Virus record (IMG/VR): IMGVR_UViG_3300048606_000045
Span: 1 to 42,825 of that record
From: a virus
Lineage: Duplodnaviria; Caudoviricetes
Reading direction: 5' to 3' (one strand)
Length of the DNA stretch: 42,825 bases
Shown: piece after piece, positions 24,354 through 33,773 of the stretch
Position numbering within the stretch: position 1 is the first letter of the stretch
How the letters are laid out: every line of letters starts with the position of its first letter
The notes under the pieces: generated by a model
What the model saw: only the letters and a program-made list of their open reading frames with translations
What the model was told of the DNA's origin: nothing
Database searches by the model: none
Program-made: the position numbers and the translations under genes

Positions 24354-26006
24354 TTAAACCCCTCCAATCGCTTCTGTATTACCTGTAAGAAAACCTTCAA
24401 ACTGAAAATTCTGCTTAACAATTCGCGCTTTCTTTTCGTCTCCAAAGCTATTTTCGACCATAATGGCATCCCCACAAGCTAAAGCAGGATTTTGTCGCCA
24501 ATTAGCCGTGTAGTAGCCTCTTACGTTGTACTCCTCAAACATCCAATTTGCGACTTGCTCCGCGTCTAAAGCCGAATTGATTAGAGGATTCTCGATTTTA
24601 AAACTGGCGCCACCTTTGGTTACGGTCGAATTTGTAAATGTATATTCCGTTCCATTTTCCGTTCCGTCTTTTACTAAAAAAACGAGTGATAAAATAGATT
24701 CGTTTAATTTAATTTGAGGCTCGGCAAAAGTATTTTCAAAATCAATCGCTTGAAATCTATAATCATTCGTTACTTCTGGAACGGTTAAAAGTCCTGCATA
24801 TATATCTGGACTTGGATAAGTGATATACCCCGACCCGATGGTTAAAGCCTCCATACGCTTTATTATGACTTTCCCTTGCCTGTCTTGGTATATTACGGAT
24901 CTACCTGCAATCGCAATGTCTTGAAGGGCTTCACGCGCGTTCAAAGGCTCAACAAATCCATTTGTGCTTTCGCCTAATAATTTATCGTCAATCTGGAAAT
25001 CAGTTATTTCAGCTTGCGAAAAAATATTTTCAGCCAATGCATACAAATTGGTATTCGTTAAAGAATTTGTATATTGGATTGTTTCTAATTGGTCAAAAAT
25101 ATCCCGTGCCGTAAAAGATGTGGTTAAAGCTCCTTCATCTGTTTGCCATTCCGTTAAATAATATTTCCCAAGCGAGACGAATTCAAAATCATTTTCCCCT
25201 TCGCCTATTTTCAAACCCATATACGCTCGAATTTGTTGTTTAGGCAAAATAAAACGATAAATTCCATCTGGATTTAATATATTAAATAGGCGCTCTTGAT
25301 TATTTAAAGCGAAATGAAGTTCATTAGAGGGTACGGTACTACCGATTAAATCCATTTCCTCGATGATATCCAGATTAATTAAGTCTGAACCTGTGTATTC
25401 TTGAATAAGCCCGAAATCAATTTCGGCTATTCTTGCTCTACGATTACCTTTTGCCCATTTTGTTATGACAATATTGATCGTTCCTACTCCGTCCAAGCTT
25501 TCTACAAGTCTAAAAACAGGGCTATCGTTTCCAACAAAATTTCGATTCATTAATATTGCGCCACCTTCAAACGCAACAACCGCGATAGTGAATTCTGACG
25601 GATATTCATTATTGACGGGATCAAAATTAATTGTTAAGCCCAATGTATTATGGGATTCTCCAAAAATTAAAGTAACTGATGGGTTATTAGAAAATAATCC
25701 GTTTTCATCACATAATAAAGCGCTCCAGAAACCCAATTCGTCCGATCCTTCTTCATAAGTTGAAGGCGGTATTTTCATTGAACCGTCTAACTTGAAATAA
25801 TTCGGCTCAAAGGTAGCGTAGGAATAAGACATGCTTCGCTTGCGATTCAATATTTGATTCAATCTACTAATAGATGCTTGACTAGAAGAAGCAACTGTAG
25901 CGTTTTTTATAGCACTTTCATCTATAATTTCAAACGAAACTTTCGTTGTGATTTCTCTGGAAGAAGCGTAAATCAATTCTTTGAATGTTGAACTCACTGA
26001 TTCCAT
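24354..26006 (-). CDS. Tail tip/hub protein
   Basis: Synteny after the distal tail gene; LGKYYL.EW and WRQNPAL..GD motifs. Confidence 0.75.
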   Translation of the reverse strand: MESVSSTFKELIYASSREITTKVSFEIIDESAIKNATVASSSQASISRLNQILNRKRSMSYSYATFEPNYFKLDGSMKIPPSTYEEGSDELGFWSALLCDENGLFSNNPSVTLIFGESHNTLGLTINFDPVNNEYPSEFTIAVVAFEGGAILMNRNFVGNDSPVFRLVESLDGVGTINIVITKWAKGNRRARIAEIDFGLIQEYTGSDLINLDIIEEMDLIGSTVPSNELHFALNNQERLFNILNPDGIYRFILPKQQIRAYMGLKIGEGENDFEFVSLGKYYLTEWQTDEGALTTSFTARDIFDQLETIQYTNSLTNTNLYALAENIFSQAEITDFQIDDKLLGESTNGFVEPLNAREALQDIAIAGRSVIYQDRQGKVIIKRMEALTIGSGYITYPSPDIYAGLLTVPEVTNDYRFQAIDFENTFAEPQIKLNESILSLVFLVKDGTENGTEYTFTNSTVTKGGASFKIENPLINSALDAEQVANWMFEEYNVRGYYTANWRQNPALACGDAIMVENSFGDEKKARIVKQNFQFEGFLTGNTEAIGGV

Positions 26007-26017
26007 TTTCTCACCTG

Positions 26018-26371
26018 CTACCTTTGGATGAAATTAAAAGAAACATCTTTATATCGTGGGACTCCTGCATTATCAAAATCAAGTATTCCCATATTTCGAT
26101 CTCCTACATAAAAACTTTCTGTTCTCGTTCCTGCTATTTGTGGATCTGGATATGTAACGGAAAAAAATACAGGCGAAATAGCTGACAATAAATCTCTTAA
26201 TTGGATTTCGGTTAAATACGCCCAAGTGAATTCCAATTTTTGTTTTGTTGCAATTCGTTCGATTAGCATAAGCCCGTTCACGTTTCTTTCTGCTTTGCTC
26301 AGATCCATGACACCTACAGACATTTCAGAAGGAGTCGGTATGGCGACCCCATTGACAAGAATTATAGCCAC
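26018..26371 (-). CDS. Distal tail protein (DUF6711-like)
   Basis: NGV.IPTP......DLS..ERN.NG....ERIA.K.KL ... FYVGDR pattern; follows the tape measure gene. Confidence 0.75.
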   Translation of the reverse strand: MAIILVNGVAIPTPSEMSVGVMDLSKAERNVNGLMLIERIATKQKLEFTWAYLTEIQLRDLLSAISPVFFSVTYPDPQIAGTRTESFYVGDRNMGILDFDNAGVPRYKDVSFNFIQR

Positions 26372-26385
26372 TTTGCCCACTCCTT

Positions 26386-28680
26386 TTAAATTGGTTTCAG
26401 CCGAACATTTTTTCCAACTCTTTGTGTTTCTTTAGCTAAATGAGGATTAATAATTCGAGCGAAAGTCCGTCCATCGATATTTAAAATAATATCGCCCGAA
26501 CTGCCTCCGTTTGCCCCCATTGCGCTTATAACGGCATTCGTAATAAATCCTTGAAGTTTATCCAAAGGCGCGACTGCTTCATCTTGTCGTCCTTCTCCGA
26601 CCATAGCTAACGTTGCGCTCGAAACGATTCCCCCCTGAGCAAGTGCAGGGATTCTTGGAACGTTTGGAATCCAACCCGTTCCGGGGATTGCATTTTTAAC
26701 GCTATTTAAACCATTAATCATTTCATTTATAGGCGCTCGAACCGAATTTATAACGGCTTTTAACCCTTGTGTAATTCCGCCTTTAAAGGCATTTTTAATA
26801 TCTTGGAATCGATTTACAATTGGTGTAATGATACTTCGAGCGAACCAATTGACTGCATCTCCGAAAGCGCTTTTAATTCCTGCCCATGCCGTTTTTCCTG
26901 CATTGACTACGCCTGTCGCAAAAACTGCCCATCTTGTCGCTATATTTAAACAAAGACCAACCCACCAATCTCCGATATTGTCAACCATTCCTTTAAAACC
27001 ATTTTTAATGTCTTTTACGATTTTCCAAATATTAGACCAAACATGTTGAAACCATTTAATTGCATCGTCAGCAAAACCTTTAATATTTTTAATCATATCT
27101 TTTGCCAAGGTTAAAACGCCTTTTTTCAGACCGCCAATAAAGGTTAAATTGGTGAAATTCCAAATCGCTTGAAATGCCCCAATAAACATACTTTTGACAC
27201 CTTCCCAGACCATCTTCCAATCGCCTGTAAAGATCCCTGTGAAAAACATGATTAATCCTTCAAAAAATGTAATTACACCCGAAATCAAACCTTTAATGGA
27301 CTCCCATATAAAATTTACAAGAAACATTACAACGGGCTTGATTAAATTCCATGCATTTGTGAATCCTTCGCTTATTTTCGCGCCATTTTCAGCCCACCAT
27401 GCTTTAATTTGGTCGAATTTTTCAATTGCAAAAGTGGAAATAGCTGTCCATACTTGTTTCGCTACTTTGCGAATCGGTTCGGTGAATTTTCGGAATCCCT
27501 CCGCCATTTTATCAAGACCTTCTAAAAATGGATTCGGGTCCATCGGAGGAAGTGGTTCTAAACCGCCTAAATCGCCTAAGCCTCCACCGCCTCCACCTCC
27601 ACCGCCTCCGCCACCTGCTCCTGCTCCTGCTCCTGCATCTGCAGGATCAGATAATTGATTGACTTCATCGAAACCTGCTACTCCACGTTTCGCCTCTTTA
27701 TTTGCTTTTTTCGCCTGTTTCCCTGCTTTTTCTTGTGCATTGCCTAATCCTTTTACGGCATCGGCTTGACCTTGAATAGGCGCTATTCCACCTGCCATAG
27801 CTTTACTATTTGTTTGCGCCTGAGTTTTAAAGCCTCCACCAAATAAAGATCGCATGAAAGCCCCAACTACCTGCAGGACTCGTAACATAGCCTGAGCCAT
27901 TTTATTTAAAACGGGTAAGACTGTATATAAAATCGGCAAGAAAGCTTGACCTAAAGCCATTCTTACATCAGCTAAAGTTGCCGTAAATGAAGCCATTCTC
28001 ATAGCCGTTGTATCTTGCATGGTCATTCCTAAATTTTTATTAACTTGCTCGAAAATATGATGATAAAGAATCGTCTTTCGCATATTTTCGCTCAATTTAT
28101 CCCACGGTTCACCGTTCGCCATCTCTTGATACGCCTGACCTGCTTTGATAGCAGCGATCCGAACATCGACTCCTAGCTCCATCGCTCCATCGGCTTCCTG
28201 ATTCATAGCAGAACGAATTCGGTCGGAAACTTCCGCCATTGCCATACCACGTTTACTTGATATAACTCCTGCTAATTCCATCATATCGGTCGTTTTCGTC
28301 ATTAAATCTTCGGTACTGGTAGCAATTGATTTAAAGTTCAATGAGAGCATGTTTGCGAGTTCTGCACCTTGTACCATTGAAAAGCCGAAAGAATTTCCGA
28401 CTGTTTTTTGCCATTCTTCGAAATCTTTTCGGCTATTTCCCATCGTTTCGCCTAAAGTAGCCATAAGCGCCTCGTATTGCATCGCGTCCTTTGTTCCTTG
28501 CACCATCATAAGCCCTGTTCCGCCTACTGCCAATGCGCTCGCAATTGAACCTTTAACGCCTTTCATGGAATCCTTTACACTTCGACCGAAAAAAGCAACG
28601 CTATTTTGCGCGTCTTTCATTCCTTTTTTAAGTTGAGAAACATCAGCCCCGACTCGGACAAGCATATTTCTTAATGCCAT
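26386..28680 (-). CDS. Tape measure protein
   Basis: 764 aa, helical; Trp/Phe periodic repeats; IPALAQGGIV...A.VGE and NIDGR C-terminal motifs. Confidence 0.92.
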   Translation of the reverse strand: MALRNMLVRVGADVSQLKKGMKDAQNSVAFFGRSVKDSMKGVKGSIASALAVGGTGLMMVQGTKDAMQYEALMATLGETMGNSRKDFEEWQKTVGNSFGFSMVQGAELANMLSLNFKSIATSTEDLMTKTTDMMELAGVISSKRGMAMAEVSDRIRSAMNQEADGAMELGVDVRIAAIKAGQAYQEMANGEPWDKLSENMRKTILYHHIFEQVNKNLGMTMQDTTAMRMASFTATLADVRMALGQAFLPILYTVLPVLNKMAQAMLRVLQVVGAFMRSLFGGGFKTQAQTNSKAMAGGIAPIQGQADAVKGLGNAQEKAGKQAKKANKEAKRGVAGFDEVNQLSDPADAGAGAGAGGGGGGGGGGGGLGDLGGLEPLPPMDPNPFLEGLDKMAEGFRKFTEPIRKVAKQVWTAISTFAIEKFDQIKAWWAENGAKISEGFTNAWNLIKPVVMFLVNFIWESIKGLISGVITFFEGLIMFFTGIFTGDWKMVWEGVKSMFIGAFQAIWNFTNLTFIGGLKKGVLTLAKDMIKNIKGFADDAIKWFQHVWSNIWKIVKDIKNGFKGMVDNIGDWWVGLCLNIATRWAVFATGVVNAGKTAWAGIKSAFGDAVNWFARSIITPIVNRFQDIKNAFKGGITQGLKAVINSVRAPINEMINGLNSVKNAIPGTGWIPNVPRIPALAQGGIVSSATLAMVGEGRQDEAVAPLDKLQGFITNAVISAMGANGGSSGDIILNIDGRTFARIINPHLAKETQRVGKNVRLKPI

Positions 28681-29046
28681 TTACTCACCGCCCTTCTTTT
28701 CAAAAGTTCCACCAAATTGAGCATTTAATGTTTTAACCATTTCGAGCATTTCCTCATTGGACATGGCATCATTTGAACCTAACATCTTTTTCAATTCGCC
28801 TTTAAGAGCAGGTAATCGTTTTTGACGGTGATAATATTCGCCCAACCAGACCAATGTTAAGCTTTCTTGCATTCTTGCTTCTTCTCTTTCTTGGTGAGCT
28901 TCTAGAAAAATCATTAGTTCATAGGGTGTTATTTCGTCGAATTCACTAATCGATAAACCAATAAGGATAGCAGTCTTTAAAGCATTTTCCCAATTCCATT
29001 CCGTTTCGGTCGATTGCTTTTGACTACTACCCCTTGTTAGTTTTTT
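28681..29046 (-). CDS. Tail assembly chaperone GT extension, reached by -1 frameshift
   Basis: The -1 frame is open from the slippery site into ORF 28681-28914; contains EFDEITPYEL. Confidence 0.8.
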   Translation of the reverse strand, partial: KKLTRGSSQKQSTETEWNWENALKTAILIGLSISEFDEITPYELMIFLEAHQEREEARMQESLTLVWLGEYYHRQKRLPALKGELKKMLGSNDAMSNEEMLEMVKTLNAQFGGTFEKKGGE

Positions 29047-29372
29047 TGTTTTTCAGTCTTTTGGAATGCCACATTTAAAGCTTGATTCATGGCTTCGACA
29101 ATATCCCCGAAACTTTCAGCTTGATCAAGGATATCTTCCATTTCCTCCAATTTTAAATCTTCTCCATTTTTTTGTGCATCCGACATTAAGCCACAGTACA
29201 TAATTTTCTCAATATCTTCTATACCAAAATCATTTTCATCTAAATTAGACATTTGTTTACCTGTTAAAACGCCTAATTGTTTTAGAGCCTTATGTCCAAA
29301 TCGCACGAAACGAGGACGATCCAAATAAACAATGACCTCTGGATTTTTTTCTGAATTTTGATTTTCTGTCAT
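29037..29372 (-). CDS. Tail assembly chaperone (gpG-like)
   Basis: Between tail tube and tape measure genes; ends in KN. Confidence 0.85.
   Translation of the reverse strand: MTENQNSEKNPEVIVYLDRPRFVRFGHKALKQLGVLTGKQMSNLDENDFGIEDIEKIMYCGLMSDAQKNGEDLKLEEMEDILDQAESFGDIVEAMNQALNVAFQKTEKQKN
29040..29046 (-). other. Programmed -1 ribosomal frameshift site A AAA AAC
   Basis: CAA AAA AAC TAA on minus, an XXXYYYZ heptamer. Confidence 0.85.
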
Positions 29373-29388
29373 GTTATCCTCCTAAAAA

Positions 29389-29793
29389 TTAAACTGGTCC
29401 CGATAAAGTCGGTTTGCCCGAAACTTTTAAAGTCGCCTCAAATGAAATTAAATCTTCCAATTCGACCGAGGTTGAAAAATTTGTTACAACTGCTGAAAAT
29501 GTCCAACTCGTCCCTGTTGTTTCTCCGTCAGGGAATTCGATTGTATACGCATCGACTGTCCCTGCTTCAAAATCTGTTAATAAAGGACTGTGTGAAATAT
29601 ATTCGAAATGTCCCGATAAACTTACTTCTCCTGCATCTTTTAAGCTTGTAACAAATGTTCTATATCCTGAGTCATTATCTAATGCCGTTGTTTCGATTGA
29701 ATCAGCCGAAACGCCTACACCATCGATTGAAGTTAAAGAAGCGATTACCGCCACGCCTTTTTTGAGTGTTGTACCCATTGCTACTATTGGCAT
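29389..29793 (-). CDS. Major tail (tube) protein
   Basis: DSIETTALD...GYRTFV.SLKDAGE ... LKVSGKP motif. Confidence 0.9.
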   Translation of the reverse strand: MPIVAMGTTLKKGVAVIASLTSIDGVGVSADSIETTALDNDSGYRTFVTSLKDAGEVSLSGHFEYISHSPLLTDFEAGTVDAYTIEFPDGETTGTSWTFSAVVTNFSTSVELEDLISFEATLKVSGKPTLSGPV

Positions 29794-29838
29794 TTGAAAA
29801 GCCCCCTTTACAAAAAATAAGCGCCAAATGGCACTCTT

Positions 29839-30219
29839 TTAGAATCGTACACGCACATTAAATGTGCTTTTATGGAAACTTTGATTTTCTTGAAAATCTT
29901 CGTTTGGTTCAACGAATGATACGCTTTTAATGTAAACGCCATCCGTCCCAATTGTTCGACCAAAAAAAGAGCGTATTTTACTCGAAATCGCTCCAACATA
30001 TGATTTCAATTGGTCGTAAGAATTAGTTACAATTGTAAGATCGAAATTTAATTCTGTTAGATCAGTGTAGCCACCTAATGTTTGAACTTTTTCGCCACCA
30101 CTAGATACATAAACAACAAAAGGAGGTTCGGTATTTTCTTCTGCTTTTTGAGGAAAAACTTTGCGTTCTAATCCTGCAATCATTTTTATCTCAGCGCATA
30201 AGGATTCTTCGAAATTCAT
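29839..30219 (-). CDS. Tail terminator/completion protein
   Basis: KVFP..A.E....PFVVY motif; synteny. Confidence 0.8.
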   Translation of the reverse strand: MNFEESLCAEIKMIAGLERKVFPQKAEENTEPPFVVYVSSGGEKVQTLGGYTDLTELNFDLTIVTNSYDQLKSYVGAISSKIRSFFGRTIGTDGVYIKSVSFVEPNEDFQENQSFHKSTFNVRVRF

Positions 30220-30233
30220 TGAGCTACACCTAC

Positions 30234-30704
30234 TTAATTAGTCAATTCGTCTATTGCTTCATGCAATTTATCTACAACGGTTTGAACTGATTTTGTTTCA
30301 TTTTTGTGAACCGCCCAATTCATTGCATATTGACCTTTAACTCTGCCCTTTGCCGTTTTAAAGCCGAATTCAACAGAATTTGGGTAATAAGCATAAGGCG
30401 TTTCACCACCGTATACGCCTGTAGTTTCTTTTTGGAAATCGTCGTTATATTTAGCATCATAAGCAAGACGATAAACGGATTTATTACGCTTATTAGGCGT
30501 TTCCATTTTTTGTTTAATGGATTTCTTTAAAAGACCTGTTTCACCAACGGGCGCATTTGCTCTTGCATCAGCCAACGGAAATTTCATTCCTGCTTTAGCA
30601 GCGCGCGTTAAATATTTTTTCGGCATTTTTCCGATACGCTCGAATTGACCCTCTAATTCGAGCAAACCCTCTATTTCTAAGTCTCTGCCTCTAACTAGTG
30701 CCAA
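30234..30704 (-). CDS. HK97 gp10-family neck protein
   Basis: IEGL.EL, APV.ETG.LKKSI and VEFG motifs; TTG start at 30704 after GAGGTG. Confidence 0.85.
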   Translation of the reverse strand: MALVRGRDLEIEGLLELEGQFERIGKMPKKYLTRAAKAGMKFPLADARANAPVGETGLLKKSIKQKMETPNKRNKSVYRLAYDAKYNDDFQKETTGVYGGETPYAYYPNSVEFGFKTAKGRVKGQYAMNWAVHKNETKSVQTVVDKLHEAIDELTN

Positions 30705-31071
30705 TGTTCCACACCTCAGTTGGAATGACATTTCTTTCTTTACAGATTAAATGAAGTTCGTGATTTTGCTCGTATTGATTGACTGGAGGCGAAATGATTT
30801 CAAATATTCGTTCTCCAAATTTAATTCGCATGGTATTGTCAATACCTGCCATGTATCGCAATTGAATTCTATGTGAAATTTCGCCTCTAATCACTTCTTC
30901 GGTCAGGGCTTCTCTCCCACTGATGGGGAAAATGCCTACTCTTGCATTAAAAGCATCTTCCCAATTTAAATCACCATGTATAGGAGTTTCACCATATGAA
31001 TTTTGCGCGTCTTCTTTCAATCTTTGAAAAGTTACAATATGTCGGTATTTACCTGCGTTGATTCGTGCCAT
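30691..31071 (-). CDS. Head-closure protein (SPP1 gp16-like)
   Basis: G.YRH.VTFQ, PISGRE, I.LRY..GID.TMRI.FG.R.FEI motifs. Confidence 0.9.
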   Translation of the reverse strand: MARINAGKYRHIVTFQRLKEDAQNSYGETPIHGDLNWEDAFNARVGIFPISGREALTEEVIRGEISHRIQLRYMAGIDNTMRIKFGERIFEIISPPVNQYEQNHELHLICKERNVIPTEVWNIGTS

Positions 31072-31080
31072 CTATGTCAC

Positions 31081-31365
31081 CTACAGAAGATTTACTGAAT
31101 GCATATCCAATATGGTTTGTATAACAGGGTTTACGCTTGTTTTATCTACTGTGTAAGAACGATTATCATATAATTCAGAGGCTAAAATGAAAACTGCCAT
31201 TGTTAAATCCTCACTGATGTTTAAATTTTCATTAGATAAACCTGTGTAATTTTTAACAAAAGCTTTACTCGTAATCAAAATAGCCGAAATGAGATTATCG
31301 TCTTCGGTATGATAAACATGTAAGTAATTTTTTAATTCGACAATGGTGATTTCACTTATTTTCAT
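31081..31365 (-). CDS. Head-tail connector (HK97 gp6/SPP1 gp15-like)
   Basis: LKNYLHV...EDD.LI ... LYDNR motif. Confidence 0.9.
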   Translation of the reverse strand: MKISEITIVELKNYLHVYHTEDDNLISAILITSKAFVKNYTGLSNENLNISEDLTMAVFILASELYDNRSYTVDKTSVNPVIQTILDMHSVNLL

Positions 31366-31742
31366 TCTTTTTCATTCGCCTTTTTTGCATTAGCTCTTTG
31401 TGATTCCATTGGTTTTTGTTGCATTCTTTGTTGTGCTTCTTGGTTAATTTGTTGCGTATGTTGATTGGCTTGCATGTTTTGATTATGGGTAGCTTGTGAA
31501 ACGGCTTCGTTTGCTTGTGCTTGTGCTTGACCCATTTCATCTTGTTTCTTTTTTGCATCTTGTTGAGCCATTGCAAATTCTGGATTCGCCTCATTTTGTA
31601 AGTTTTCGACATACCCTGATTGTTCTAAAGCTTGTAAAGTCGTTTGATCTCCAACTGTAAATACTTCACCTTGCGCTTTCGTACCTACCAGATCATGATA
31701 AAAACTTTGTTTCGCCCGAACTTGAAAAGTTTCATGTGTCAT
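31362..31742 (-). CDS. Gln-rich hypothetical protein downstream of the capsid gene
   Basis: GGAGG RBS; small N-domain plus Q/A/N-rich tail. Confidence 0.8.
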   Translation of the reverse strand: MTHETFQVRAKQSFYHDLVGTKAQGEVFTVGDQTTLQALEQSGYVENLQNEANPEFAMAQQDAKKKQDEMGQAQAQANEAVSQATHNQNMQANQHTQQINQEAQQRMQQKPMESQRANAKKANEKE

Positions 31743-31785
31743 AGTCTTCCCTCCTTTCGAATTAACCCTTATTTATATTCCACTA

Positions 31786-32940
31786 TTATGCTAATTTTAG
31801 TACTGCGATTTTTTGATCTTCAATTACACGGCTATCGAATTCCACATACCCTACGATTCCAGTAGCATGAGCAGTCGCATATAATTCATTTAAGATCGCA
31901 ATTTCGATATTTTGAGCGAGTTTGACATATAAGCCCGAATAATCTCCATAGCTGAGAACTTTTAAGCCTGTAGTCATGGTGTTTGGAGCTGACTCACTGA
32001 TGTATACTGGTTTTCCTAAAAGCGTCCATCCAAATGCTTGTGTGATATCTTGATTCATTAACGGCTTACCGTCTAGGTCTTTTATTTTTCTTAGTGTAGT
32101 AAAAAGACTCTTATTCATGATCCAAGAACATTGACCTTGAAATGCTTCGGGAATTGACATTTGAGTCGAAATTAAATCGTCAAGAGTTACTGCAGTCGCG
32201 CCCGTTGCCGTTACGCTCGTAACATTTGAATCCGTGAAAATACCTGTCGCGTTTGTTGTCCCTGCACCAATTAATAATTCGCGCTCTAAGAATCTTGAAA
32301 TGCTCTGACTCATCATATTTACGATAAATGCAGTTAGATCGAAATCAGTCCGATTCATCAAACTTCTCGAAAGTGTTACAAGTGACCCTGCGATAAAGTT
32401 TTGAAGTTTACGGCTTGTGAAATTGCCATTTTGAGCCGTTAAAGCGACCATATCCGCAATATAATCGGTTACAATGCTATTTTCATCGAACGCAGGAAAG
32501 ACAAGATCCCCCGATACATTAAATACAGTTGCTTGTTGATAGATCGGGCTAATTTCATGTACGCGCGTAATGATTTGGCTACTAATTTCTTCGGGAATGA
32601 TTGCCCCGTTGCTTGCCACATCTAAAGCCCGTTGCTCTCCACGTAGAAAGCGCGTAAACTTGTCCTCTGCTAAAGCTCGTTTTTCTTGCGCTTCGGGCGA
32701 TTTAGATTGTTGCATTTCGGCTGATTTTAATTTATCAGCTTCTTGTTCGGCTAAAATGGTTTTGTCAATATTGTTGATATCTTCTTTAAGCTTGTTAAAA
32801 TCTTTTTGTTCTTCATCATTTAAAGCCCGTGTTTCTGTTTTTGCTTTTTCAATTAAAGTTTCTAAATTTGTCATAAAATTATTTCTTTGTTCTAAAAGAC
32901 TCGGCATCGCCCGTGTCTCTAGCTTTGGTAGCGTTTTCAT
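31786..32940 (-). CDS. HK97-fold major capsid protein with delta domain
   Basis: N-terminal coiled coil; GAIIPEEI, TLLGKPV and GDYSG motifs. Confidence 0.95.
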   Translation of the reverse strand: MKTLPKLETRAMPSLLEQRNNFMTNLETLIEKAKTETRALNDEEQKDFNKLKEDINNIDKTILAEQEADKLKSAEMQQSKSPEAQEKRALAEDKFTRFLRGEQRALDVASNGAIIPEEISSQIITRVHEISPIYQQATVFNVSGDLVFPAFDENSIVTDYIADMVALTAQNGNFTSRKLQNFIAGSLVTLSRSLMNRTDFDLTAFIVNMMSQSISRFLERELLIGAGTTNATGIFTDSNVTSVTATGATAVTLDDLISTQMSIPEAFQGQCSWIMNKSLFTTLRKIKDLDGKPLMNQDITQAFGWTLLGKPVYISESAPNTMTTGLKVLSYGDYSGLYVKLAQNIEIAILNELYATAHATGIVGYVEFDSRVIEDQKIAVLKLA

Positions 32941-32944
32941 TTAT

Positions 32945-33583
32945 TTAAAAGCCTCCTCTGAGTTGTAATAAAGTTAATTCGTTATCAAGGTTTGCAAAGT
33001 AAAAAGGTTGTGGATTTTCTCTTTTTTCTTCCTGTTTTTTAGGTTCTTCTATTTTTTGTGAGTTATCCTCAATTGTCGCTTGGAATGACTCACTTCTTGT
33101 TTCGTTTAAAATGCTTTCTTCGCCTTGTCTCGCCTCAATTGAAGTAGCTGAATATGCAGGAGAAATATCTAAAATACTCACTTCGGCTAAATCGATTTCT
33201 TCGACCGATCTTTTATGAGTGCCATCAGCTCGCGTCTCCCATTCGTCTTTAATGACATGGAAACCGAATGACCATCCACGCAATTCGCCTTTACGCGCCT
33301 TTTCAATGATCTCCGCGTCTCGAACCTCAGCCGTGGCACGTAGACCAATATTGTCTTCTCTTAGGTCTAGATTTTTTTGTGAAGTAGAACCTAATTTTCG
33401 GCTTTTATCGTGATTGAAAAGTAAATCAACATTAGAATTTTTCATTAAAGCCCTTTCGAATGTATGAGGCATAATTTGTTCAACAAATTTTCCTCTTGGG
33501 CTTGGCAATTCTTTTGACAAGCGATTTGTTACATTTACATAGCCATCTAAAATCACTGAATCGCTTCTTAATTCTATCCGCAT
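32945..33583 (-). CDS. HK97-family prohead protease
   Basis: LLFNHD, EDNIGL, GWSFGF and EVSI...PAY..TSI motifs. Confidence 0.95.
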   Translation of the reverse strand: MRIELRSDSVILDGYVNVTNRLSKELPSPRGKFVEQIMPHTFERALMKNSNVDLLFNHDKSRKLGSTSQKNLDLREDNIGLRATAEVRDAEIIEKARKGELRGWSFGFHVIKDEWETRADGTHKRSVEEIDLAEVSILDISPAYSATSIEARQGEESILNETRSESFQATIEDNSQKIEEPKKQEEKRENPQPFYFANLDNELTLLQLRGGF

Positions 33584-33773
33584 AGGATTTTTCACCCCCT
33601 TTCAAGCCAATTAAAAAAACCCTCATTTGGGTCTAAAGTCGGAAATTGTATACTTGTAAACTTTTTGCAAACTTGTAAACATGCTAAAAACCAACGGTGG
33701 CAAAGCCGTTGGTTCGAGGCGAATCCCTATCTTACTGCAAGAAGATAGGTCGTCAATATTTATTTTCCTTCTT

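Noticed and set aside
27580-27645. Poly-Gly/Ala stretch in the tape measure gene
   Set aside because: Low-complexity linkers after the FDE.NQL motif are common in this type of tape measure protein.
29037-29046. Frameshift site as a novelty or a sequencing error
   Set aside because: Standard G/GT programmed frameshift of long-tailed phages.
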